Shown in pieces: positions 25,938 to 34,033 of a DNA stretch of 64,000 bases. Within the stretch, counting starts at the first letter, position 1. The number at the start of each line of letters is the position of its first letter. Origin of the DNA: Minisyncoccota bacterium (GTDB taxonomy: Bacteria; Patescibacteriota; Minisyncoccia; Phycocordibacterales; UBA2100); contig DASSSZ010000006.1 in the NCBI GenBank assembly GCA_035708165.1, positions 179 to 64,178 on the forward strand. The letters run 5' to 3'. The notes below the pieces were generated by a model, which worked only from the letters and a program-made list of their open reading frames with translations, did not search any database and had not been told where the DNA came from. The position numbers and the translations under genes are program-made.

Positions 25938-27206
25938 CTACCGGTCCTTCCCGGCGAGCTCTTCGCGCGCGACGTCGGCATCGCTCCAGGGCGTCAGGGT
26001 GCCGTTCGGGCCGCAGATGGCCGAGTTGCTCCCCTTGCCGGTGATGAGGATCGCGTCGCCCGGCGCGGCGAGCGAGAGCGCGCGGCGGATCGCGAGGCGC
26101 CGGTCTAGGATGATCTCGGGCTGCTTCTTCGTGACGCCGGCGGCGACCTCGGCGACGATCTTCTCCGGATCCTCGTCGTACGGATCCTCGTCAGTGAGGA
26201 TGACGTGCGCGCAGTATTCATCCGCGACGGCGCCCATGGCAGGGCGCTTCCAAGCGTCGCGGCCGCCGCCCGTGCCGCCCAGGACGCAGATGCGGCGCCT
26301 GCCATCGTATGCCTCATAGAGCGCTTTCAGCGACTCGGCGGTGTGCGCGTAATCGATGATGACGGCGAAGTCCCGCCCTTCCGCGATGTTCTGCGCGCGG
26401 CCGGGGATGAGCGCGAGACCCTCGAGGCCGCGCACGATATCGGGCAGAGAGATGCCGAGCGCGGCGGCGGCATCGCCTGCCGCGAGCGCGTTCATGATCG
26501 AGAACTCGCCCGGGAACCGCAGATGCACCTGCTCGCCGGCGAAACTGAACGTCGCACGCGCGTTCGTGGTCACGTACGGCTCCGCATCAGCGAGCCGGAA
26601 AGGGATCGCATGCTCGACCGGCGTCTCGAGGAAGCGCGCGCCGTACGCATCATCCGCATTCGCGACGATGATCCTGGGCCGCTTGCCTGATTTCGCGAGC
26701 TCCCCGGCGATCCCGAGCTTCGCCGCCGCGTATGCCTCGAAGGAACCATGCGCCTCGATGTGCTCGGGCGCGAGATTCGTGAAGATGAGGCAATCGAGCT
26801 CGAGGAAACGGTCGCGGGACTGGACGTGGCCCTCGCTGCTGATCTCGATGATCGCGTGCGTGCAGCCGGCGCGCAGCGCCCGCGCGAGCGTGCGCTGGAT
26901 GACAAAACGGCCCGGCATGGTCATATGCCGGCGCTCCTCATGCGACTCGTCGCCGACCTTGATGCGGATCGTGCTGATGAGCACGGTCTTCTTGCCGGCG
27001 GCCTCGAGAATGGCGTTCAAATACTCGCATGTGCTCGACTTTCCCTTCGTGCCCGTGACGCCGATCACCGTCATCGAGCGGGCGGGAAAGCGATAGAGGA
27101 TCGCGCCGAGCACGGCGAGCGCGCGATGGTAGGAGGGCTGCGCGAGACGGAAGAGGCGCCGGGGGATCAGTCGCTTGATGAGGCGGAGTACCCTATCGAT
27201 CTGCAT
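25938..27206 (-). CDS. Mur ligase family protein (MurE-like UDP-MurNAc-tripeptide synthetase lacking the usual N-terminal domain)
   Basis: P-loop VIGVTGTKGKSST, central domain, and C-terminal ..DYAHTAESL..GGTGGGRDAWKRPAMG..VILTDEDP.. typical of MurE/MurF. It has only about 45 aa before the P-loop. Confidence 0.6.
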   Translation of the reverse strand: MQIDRVLRLIKRLIPRRLFRLAQPSYHRALAVLGAILYRFPARSMTVIGVTGTKGKSSTCEYLNAILEAAGKKTVLISTIRIKVGDESHEERRHMTMPGRFVIQRTLARALRAGCTHAIIEISSEGHVQSRDRFLELDCLIFTNLAPEHIEAHGSFEAYAAAKLGIAGELAKSGKRPRIIVANADDAYGARFLETPVEHAIPFRLADAEPYVTTNARATFSFAGEQVHLRFPGEFSIMNALAAGDAAAALGISLPDIVRGLEGLALIPGRAQNIAEGRDFAVIIDYAHTAESLKALYEAYDGRRRICVLGGTGGGRDAWKRPAMGAVADEYCAHVILTDEDPYDEDPEKIVAEVAAGVTKKQPEIILDRRLAIRRALSLAAPGDAILITGKGSNSAICGPNGTLTPWSDADVAREELAGKDR

Positions 27207-27210
27207 ACGG

Positions 27211-27774
27211 TTATGAGCCTAAGCCCCGGAGCGCCTCGCGCAGGCGCTCGTTGCTGCCGGTAATGTCGCGCGGCACCCGCTTCAGCGCCTCGCGGGCGTC
27301 GCCCGCCGAGTACCCCATCGCGACAAGCGCTTCCATCGCGTCGAGGTCGGCGCGATCGGCGTCGCTCGCGGCGGCGGGCCCGACCTTGTCGCGCAGCTCG
27401 AGCACGATCTTCTCGGCCGTCTTCTTCCCGATGCCCCCGACTTTCGTGAGGTGCGTCGCGTCGCCGCTCGCGATCGCGCTGCGCAAAGTCTCGAGCGTCG
27501 CGACCGACATCACGCCGAGGGCCGACTTAGGGCCGATCCCTGAGACGCCAAGCAGGAGCTCGAAGAACCTGAGCTCGTCTTTGGCCGCGAATCCGTAGAG
27601 ATCGAGCGCATTCTCGCGCACGGCGAGGTGCGTCCAGAAGGCCGCCGCCGACCCCTCTTCGGCGCGGGCGAGCGCATCGGGGGTGACGAAGATCCGGTAG
27701 CCCACCCCGCCCGCGGAGAGGATGACGCTCTCGGTTCCGGTCGCGATGATGGTTCCCTCGAGGTGCCCGATCAT
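27211..27774 (-). CDS. ruvA: Holliday junction DNA helicase subunit RuvA
   Basis: ATG at 27774 (MIGHLEGTII..), OB domain, two HhH motifs (GIGPKSAL, GGIGKKTAEKI) and C-terminal domain III. The ORF track starts at GTG 27849. Confidence 0.9.
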   Translation of the reverse strand: MIGHLEGTIIATGTESVILSAGGVGYRIFVTPDALARAEEGSAAAFWTHLAVRENALDLYGFAAKDELRFFELLLGVSGIGPKSALGVMSVATLETLRSAIASGDATHLTKVGGIGKKTAEKIVLELRDKVGPAAASDADRADLDAMEALVAMGYSAGDAREALKRVPRDITGSNERLREALRGLGS

Positions 27775-27849
27775 ACGGTCCATCATACCGCACGGGGTAA
27801 CGGCCCCGGGCTTGCGGAGCATGGGGAATTCCGGTACTATGCGGCCCAC

Positions 27850-28113
27850 ATGGCAAACACCAGTTCAGCACGCAAGGCGATCCAGGTCTCGCAGAAGAAG
27901 CGCGTCTTCAACCTGCGCCGCGCCCGCACGATGAAGGAGGCGGTCAAGGGCATCGAGAGCGCGATCGCGGGCAAGCAGAAGGATATGGCGGCGAAGCTCA
28001 TGCCGGCTGCGCAGAAGGCGCTCGACAAGGCGGTGAAGCGCGGCATCATCAAGCCGAACACGGCTTCGCGCAAGAAGTCGCGTCTCGCAGCAGCGATCAA
28101 GGCGCTCGCATAG
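27850..28113 (+). CDS. rpsT: 30S ribosomal protein S20
   Basis: MANTSSARKAIQVSQKKRVFNLRRA..; 87 aa, basic. Confidence 0.9.
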   Translation: MANTSSARKAIQVSQKKRVFNLRRARTMKEAVKGIESAIAGKQKDMAAKLMPAAQKALDKAVKRGIIKPNTASRKKSRLAAAIKALA

Positions 28114-28136
28114 CCGGCCTCTCTATAGATGAAGCA

Positions 28137-28166
28137 GACGGCGCCTCGAGGCGCCGTCTTCTTTGT
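28137..28166 (+). terminator. Rho-independent terminator of rpsT
   Basis: gacggcgcc-tcga-ggcgccgtc followed by ttctttgt. Confidence 0.6.
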
Positions 28167-28172
28167 ACATAG

Positions 28173-28760
28173 CTAGTGCGGGAAGAGCTCGCGCTCGCGC
28201 GCGGCGAGCCGCTCCCAGAGCGGGCGGTAGAGCAGCTCGAACACGCCCCCGTGCGTGCGCACCCGCGCTTCCTTGTACTCAGTGGCCATCGCGAGCGTGA
28301 CGCCGTGCTCCTTCCACAGGAGTCCGTCCTCCATGTAGATATTGAGGGGGTCCATCATCTTATCGAGCGCGTACACGAAGCGGCTTTCTTCATCATCGCG
28401 TCGCTCGTATGCCGCCATGGTCTCGATGAGGCTGCTGAATTCAGGGTGGTCGGCCGCGATCCGCTCCCGCGCCGCGCGCTCGCGCTCCTCTTTCGTCTCC
28501 CGGCAGGCTTCGTCATAGATGTACGTATCCCCGGCGTATGCCTCGACGATGTCATGGCAGAGCGCGTACGCCAGCACACGCTCGCGGTCGAGCGCGAGGT
28601 GCTGCGTATCCATGACGTACCACGCGGCCATCGCGACCTGCCAGCTATGCTCGACCATGTTCGCGCGACGCGTCTCTCCGGGGATCCGCGCCACCCGCTC
28701 GACGCGGTGGGCCGCATGCGTGAGCGAAAGGAAGGAGAGCAGGCGGTCGAGGAAGGGCAT
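28173..28760 (-). CDS. HD-domain phosphohydrolase (YfbR-like 5'-deoxynucleotidase family)
   Basis: ATG at 28760 (MPFLDRLLS..). Metal-binding H..HD..D motifs (..EHSWQVAMAAWY.., ..LCHDIVEAYAGD..). The ORF track extends to 28916 across the tRNA. Confidence 0.7.
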   Translation of the reverse strand: MPFLDRLLSFLSLTHAAHRVERVARIPGETRRANMVEHSWQVAMAAWYVMDTQHLALDRERVLAYALCHDIVEAYAGDTYIYDEACRETKEERERAARERIAADHPEFSSLIETMAAYERRDDEESRFVYALDKMMDPLNIYMEDGLLWKEHGVTLAMATEYKEARVRTHGGVFELLYRPLWERLAARERELFPH

Positions 28761-28837
28761 GCGGCCAGTATACCGGCTCCGGCGGCTCGCTAAAACGCGC
28801 GATAAATGGTACAGTACGGCGGCGAAGCGATTGAACT

Positions 28838-28909
28838 GCTCCCGTAGTTCAATGGATAGAACGCGGGCTTGCGGAGCCCGTAATGTAGGTTCGATTCCTA
28901 CCGGGAGCA
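28838..28909 (+). tRNA. tRNA-Arg (anticodon GCG)
   Basis: Acceptor gctcccg/cgggagc, D-arm gttc-aatggata-gaac, anticodon stem cgggc/gcccg with loop ttGCGga, T-arm gtagg-ttcgatt-cctac. Confidence 0.8.
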
Positions 28910-29019
28910 CTTGCATGGACGAGAGGCGGCCGCACTGCGGCCACCTCTCGTCCGGTATCCGATCCCGCTATGCACGGCAGCGCGTAGCTGCCTGCGCACG
29001 CACCCGGTATCATGAGTGC

Positions 29020-32000
29020 ATGACCACCTGGCGCATCGCCATGCCGATCGTGCTTGCTGCAGCCGTGCTGTGCCTGCCGATCGCCGCGGCAGCCACGACG
29101 GGCACCGATGCGCAGGGGAGCGGAGGCACGGCAGGTTCGCCGCAGGCGACGACAGTGAGCAATACCGACGAGAGCACCGACTCGGCCGGCGTCTCCACGA
29201 GCGGCGGCAACACGACCATTACGGGGACGGCGCACAAGCCGACGTGCGACTGCGAGGATATGAGCACGTGCACGCCGGACCAGAAGCAGCAGCTGATGAA
29301 TTCCTGCAACCGGACATGCGGGACGATCTCGTGGACGGACGAGACCGGCTCATCGCATGCATGCGTGAAGACGGGCGGCGGCTGCACAGGGGGCGGCGGG
29401 GGCGCGTCCTGCAGCGCGACGGACCTCAAGACCGTGGCGTCGCGCCTCAATGCCGGCCTGCCAGTCACGCTCAATGAGGACGGAAAGTTCTATTCGAACG
29501 TATCGATCGGCAGCGCCTCGGGCGGCGGCCTCTCGCTCGAGAAGATCTTCGGCGACGATGCGCCCGCCGCACCGGCTTCTGAGAGCGGCGTGACGGATCC
29601 CGGCCTCCTCACGCCGACCCCGGAGAGCGAGATCTCGCCCCCGAACCTCGCTGGCGTGACGGGAAGCAAGGATCCCGCCCAGGCCCCCATCACGACGGCG
29701 CCGACAGCTGCGAGCACGCCGGGCTTCCTGGTGGACAGTTCATCGTATATGGCGGACATGGGCGACGCGCCGCTCTCCGGCGGCAATGCCTTCGTCCCGC
29801 AGGATCGCTCGCCCGTGCAGACGAGCAGCTTCACCGGCTTCTTCCCGACGCTGCCAGTCTCCGGGTCATCGCCGGAGCAGGCATACCTCTCGAGCGGCGG
29901 CCTGCTCAGCAGCCATGCCTCGGCGAATGCGGGCACGTTCTCGCTGTACGCCCGCGATTACGGCGCGCTCTATGGCGGCACGGGAAATTCGGAGAATGTC
30001 GCGAGCCTCGTGACGGCGCAGACCGCGTATGAGAACCCGAGCTATGACAGCACATGCTCCGGCGTCGGCGCGTGCGGCATCGGCCAGTACATCCCGTCCA
30101 CGTGGAATGCCGATTACGGCAAGATGCTCTCGGCGACGCAGAACCTTGCCGCGAACGGCACGCCTTCCGAGCAGCAGGCGGCGAACGAGCTGCTCACGCA
30201 CATCGGCTCGCTCTCCGGGACCGACCTGCGCAGCGATCCGCAGACCGTGGCGGCGGTGATGGCATACCACGACGCGGGTCTCTACCCGAGCTTCACACAG
30301 ACGGCGCAGAACCTCAATGCGAACTACGGCACGAACCTTTCCGTGAGCGATGTCGCGCAGATCGAGCATTTCGGGACCGGCTACTACAACACGCTCAAGA
30401 ACTCGCCGACCACGCCGATCACCAGCGTGCAGAGCAGCTTCCTCGCGCAGAACCCGGCTGTCGCGCGCTACTGCTCATCGCCGTGCACCATGATCCAGGC
30501 AGCGCAGGCGGTCGGCGCGGGCTACAGCGGCCGGCCGATCAGCGTCGCCAATAACCTCATCGGATCGACCGACTCGTTCGTCCTTCCCGGGAAGGGGTCG
30601 AGCGCAGGGCAGGCGTTCCAGGTCGCCTCGAATGAGTCGAGCGCGCCGTTCCCGGCAACCTATTCGGGCCCGCCGCGCGGGAACCCCCTCGACGACGTCT
30701 TCGCCTACCTCGGGCAGAACGCGCAAATGGGCGATACGGGCGTCGTCACGACCGGCAACGGCGCACTCGTCGCGATCAATCAGGCGCTCGGCAACCCGAT
30801 CCAGACAGTCACGGAATCCGTCGCGCAGAAGGTACAGGACGGCCTTTCGCAGGTCGGCGCGTGGGCGCTCGGCGGCTATACGGGCGCAGGGAATGCGGGA
30901 AGCAGCGTACCGGATGGAGGCCCGGCGGCAGGTGGCACGGCGGTCGCGGCCGGTCCTGCGCCCGCGGAAGGCACGAGCGTATCGGCTGCGCCCGCAGGTG
31001 AGGATGCGAACCCGATCGTCACTGTGACGGCAGGAACGCCGAGCGTGGCCGACGGCCTGCGCGCAATCGGCACCTGGGCCGTGGACGCCAACGAAAGCGG
31101 GACGATCTCCGCTGACATGTCCGCGATCGGGACGGCCGGACAGGGGTCGCTCGCCGGCACGGACCTCTCCGCATACGCGCAGACCCATGGCCTTACCTCG
31201 ATGGGCCAGGTCGTGAACGGGGATTTCAATGCGCTCGGCATGACGGGCGATGGGTCGGCTGAAGAGGGCCTGCGCGCCATCGGCAGCTGGGCCGTCCCGC
31301 AGGGGAGCGGCTCCGCGATGATCGGCGGCGCGCTCGATTCGGAAGGAGGCGCAGGCTCCGAATACGCGCCGACCCTGACCACTGCTCCTGGCACGGGCGA
31401 ATACGTCGTCGGCACGTCGCCCGACGTGCCGACGGATTTCGATACTTCCGGCGTCTCGCAGGCCTCAGGGCTCGCGACGGGGCAACCCGGCATCGCGCTT
31501 CCGGTCGGGCCCTCCGGCGCGGCGATCCCTGCGGGCGGCGAAGGCTCGGCTGATGGCGCGGATATGCCAGGAATCATCGGCGGCACGCCCCTCCCTCCCT
31601 CGGGCTCGGCAATGATCCAGCCGGGCAACATTACGGTCGTGAAGGGCAGCATCTTCGGGACGATCGGCACCATTGCGCATGCGGCGACGGCGAATATCTC
31701 GAACTATTTCCAATCGCTCGCGAACGCGCAGAAGGGAGTGGGTACGGGAGGCGACACCGCCGAAGCGGTGCACGACGGACTCATGAACGTAGGCACATGG
31801 GCAGTCCCCGGCGCGCCTTCGGAAGCGCCGGACGCATCGCCCTCGGGGACGGCGCCTGCAAGCGGCATGGATGACCTCTTCACGGCGCTCGGCGGGACGG
31901 ACGCTGCGGGCGTCACGCCCACCCTCATGGAGACCACGCAGACGATCCCGGGCACGGTCCTCGCGCCATCGCGATCCACGGTCGCGCAGAGCCAGGAATA

Positions 32001-33297
32001 CCAGCAGGGCATGACGGATCTGCTCAACGGGAGCGCCGTGCGGTTCGGCTCGCTCTCACCCGGCGACCAGAAGAAGCTCATCGGCTACATCCCGCAGATC
32101 ACGGCAATCGCGGGCGACAGCAGCCTCACGGAGGCGCAGAAGAAGGCGCAGATCACGACAGTGCTCATGAGCGACCCGGGCGGGAAGTACGCCGGGCATG
32201 ACGCCGGCTTCGCGATCGAGGTGAGCACCATCCTGCCGGAATCCTTCAAGGAGACAGGAGACCTCTCGAAGCTCGGACTCGGTACCGCCGATCAGGCCAT
32301 GACGAAGATCAGCAGCGTTTATACCAATGCGGCGCAGGCGCTGACCACGACGGCGCCCAGCACGCAGACGACGAGCTACCAGGTGACGCCGGGCACTGCC
32401 GTATCGCAGGCGCTCGGGGAGACGCCGATGGAAACCGATATCGGCATCGACCAGGCCATGACACCATCGGGCGCGGCGGTAGGCGCACCCGCTGTTCCGG
32501 CGAATCCGGCCGCAGGAGGCTCGTCCGCCGGCACGGGTGCATCCGCTCCCGCGGGTGCGGGCGCGAGCGCCGGTACGGGCGCGAGCGCGCCATCGTCCGC
32601 CTCGCCGCTCGGGGGCATCCTCGATCTCATCGGCAGGTCCGGCTCGTCGATCAGCAACGCATTGAGCGGGCTGCTCTCGGGGCTCTTCGGCGGCGGCTCG
32701 AGCCAGGGCGGTTCCTCACAGGGCGGAGCACCGCAGGGCAGCGCGTCGCGCCCCGCGTTCACGTGCGATCCTGCAGCGGTCGTCAGCAGCGCTGAGGCGA
32801 CCGTGACGATCGCCTGGCAATGCGACAGCGGATCGTCATCCGCGCGCGGCACGGGCTTCGGGCAGGGCACGCTCGCGCCGGCCGGGCGCGCCACAGTCAT
32901 GATCGGGACGACGACAGACGAGTGGCTGTCGTACGGAGTCGGCTGCAGCGACGGCACGAGCAACTCCTGCCAGGTGCGCGTGCTGCATCCGTTGGTGACC
33001 CTCGTCGCCTTCCCGGAGGCGGTCGCGCGAGGCGCTTCGGCGCAGATCGGCTGGTCGGGCGCTGACGTGGTGGCGTGCGCGCTCTATGATGCAGACGGCA
33101 CGCTGCGTGCGCATGGCGGTGCCAACGGGTCGTACGCGACCGTGCCGCTTTCGCGCTCGGTCGTGTTCCGCATGGCGTGCCGCAGCAGCCTCGGCACCAT
33201 CATCGTCGCGAGCACGACGATCCCGGTCATCGGCGATGCCAGCGCGCCGCTCGATACGCCGCTGCCGGCGGCGGTGGCGATCCCGGACGCGCAGTAG
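29020..33297 (+). CDS. Giant secreted/surface protein (about 1425 aa): signal peptide, Cys-rich N-terminal module, poly-Gly, lytic-transglycosylase (SLT/lysozyme-like) candidate domain, long Ser/Thr/Gly/Ala low-complexity region, C-terminal tandem beta-domains
   Basis: Start at the ATG at 29020 (MTTWRIAMPIVLAAAVLCLPIAAAATTG). The upstream ORF-track portion overlaps the HD gene and tRNA-Arg. SLT-like ..AYENPSYDSTCSGVGACGIGQYIPSTWNADYG.. (compare ES..A.S.AGA.GLMQF.PSTW) near nt 29990..30400. The C-terminal module is paralogous to the 22576..24276 protein. Confidence 0.6.
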   Translation: MTTWRIAMPIVLAAAVLCLPIAAAATTGTDAQGSGGTAGSPQATTVSNTDESTDSAGVSTSGGNTTITGTAHKPTCDCEDMSTCTPDQKQQLMNSCNRTCGTISWTDETGSSHACVKTGGGCTGGGGGASCSATDLKTVASRLNAGLPVTLNEDGKFYSNVSIGSASGGGLSLEKIFGDDAPAAPASESGVTDPGLLTPTPESEISPPNLAGVTGSKDPAQAPITTAPTAASTPGFLVDSSSYMADMGDAPLSGGNAFVPQDRSPVQTSSFTGFFPTLPVSGSSPEQAYLSSGGLLSSHASANAGTFSLYARDYGALYGGTGNSENVASLVTAQTAYENPSYDSTCSGVGACGIGQYIPSTWNADYGKMLSATQNLAANGTPSEQQAANELLTHIGSLSGTDLRSDPQTVAAVMAYHDAGLYPSFTQTAQNLNANYGTNLSVSDVAQIEHFGTGYYNTLKNSPTTPITSVQSSFLAQNPAVARYCSSPCTMIQAAQAVGAGYSGRPISVANNLIGSTDSFVLPGKGSSAGQAFQVASNESSAPFPATYSGPPRGNPLDDVFAYLGQNAQMGDTGVVTTGNGALVAINQALGNPIQTVTESVAQKVQDGLSQVGAWALGGYTGAGNAGSSVPDGGPAAGGTAVAAGPAPAEGTSVSAAPAGEDANPIVTVTAGTPSVADGLRAIGTWAVDANESGTISADMSAIGTAGQGSLAGTDLSAYAQTHGLTSMGQVVNGDFNALGMTGDGSAEEGLRAIGSWAVPQGSGSAMIGGALDSEGGAGSEYAPTLTTAPGTGEYVVGTSPDVPTDFDTSGVSQASGLATGQPGIALPVGPSGAAIPAGGEGSADGADMPGIIGGTPLPPSGSAMIQPGNITVVKGSIFGTIGTIAHAATANISNYFQSLANAQKGVGTGGDTAEAVHDGLMNVGTWAVPGAPSEAPDASPSGTAPASGMDDLFTALGGTDAAGVTPTLMETTQTIPGTVLAPSRSTVAQSQEYQQGMTDLLNGSAVRFGSLSPGDQKKLIGYIPQITAIAGDSSLTEAQKKAQITTVLMSDPGGKYAGHDAGFAIEVSTILPESFKETGDLSKLGLGTADQAMTKISSVYTNAAQALTTTAPSTQTTSYQVTPGTAVSQALGETPMETDIGIDQAMTPSGAAVGAPAVPANPAAGGSSAGTGASAPAGAGASAGTGASAPSSASPLGGILDLIGRSGSSISNALSGLLSGLFGGGSSQGGSSQGGAPQGSASRPAFTCDPAAVVSSAEATVTIAWQCDSGSSSARGTGFGQGTLAPAGRATVMIGTTTDEWLSYGVGCSDGTSNSCQVRVLHPLVTLVAFPEAVARGASAQIGWSGADVVACALYDADGTLRAHGGANGSYATVPLSRSVVFRMACRSSLGTIIVASTTIPVIGDASAPLDTPLPAAVAIPDAQ

Positions 33298-33311
33298 CCC
33301 TGCGGCAGCGC

Positions 33312-33791
33312 TCAGAACCCGAAGAATTCGAGCACCGCGAGCGCGAGCGATTCCGTGAGCGGCTTCTCGGGGATCTCGTGCGCGACGAACCACGCGTGCA
33401 CGTCGCGCGGATCGACGCCGACGAGCGGGATCACGAGGTCCGGCGTCATGAAGCGCGGCGTATCGACGAGGAGCAGCGGCGCCTCGTCCGCGTCCTCGGC
33501 CGGTTCGCTGATCCAGAACGCGTGGAGGTGATCGGGCGGATAGTGTACGCCGTCGATCGAGAGCCCGCGGCGCGTCAGGGCGAACACGACAGTCTTCTGC
33601 TCGCGCTTGGCGAGAATCGCCATAGTGAAGGCGGCGGCGATGATCAGGATGCCGAAGAGCGTGTCGCCGAGGATGACGGCGGTCGCCGCAGCCGCAGCCG
33701 CGATGATGCCGAGCGCCCAGAACCAATCCGCCGATTTATCGAGCGGCTGGTGCTCGATGGCTTCCCACCGGATGGTCGTCTCGTCATGCAT
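33312..33791 (-). CDS. Hypothetical membrane protein (two TM helices plus a cytoplasmic beta-rich domain)
   Basis: 159 aa; hydrophobic ..WFWALGIIAAAAAATAVILGDTLFGILIIAAAFTMAIL... Confidence 0.3.
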   Translation of the reverse strand: MHDETTIRWEAIEHQPLDKSADWFWALGIIAAAAAATAVILGDTLFGILIIAAAFTMAILAKREQKTVVFALTRRGLSIDGVHYPPDHLHAFWISEPAEDADEAPLLLVDTPRFMTPDLVIPLVGVDPRDVHAWFVAHEIPEKPLTESLALAVLEFFGF

Positions 33792-34033
33792 ACGGATACG
33801 GAGCGGTTATGCACCGTATAGTACCACGCGGCGTGCGCACGCAGTCGGGGATTTGACAGGCGCGCATCCCTATCGCGCAGCGTGCGTCATGTATCAAACG
33901 GCCGTGGATCGGTGTAGTAGGGGCACGCGCAGCGGCTGCATGCGGCCGCTGCCGGGACGCAGGCTGCTGCTCCCGGCATCCACGGCGCCGCGCGCGCCGC
34001 TTATTCTCATAGCGATTCCGCACGCACCACATA

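Noticed and set aside
28519-29019. 5' part of the 1592-codon ORF upstream of the giant protein's signal peptide
   Set aside because: It overlaps the HD-hydrolase gene and tRNA-Arg on this or the opposite strand. The real start is the ATG at 29020, which initiates a textbook signal peptide.
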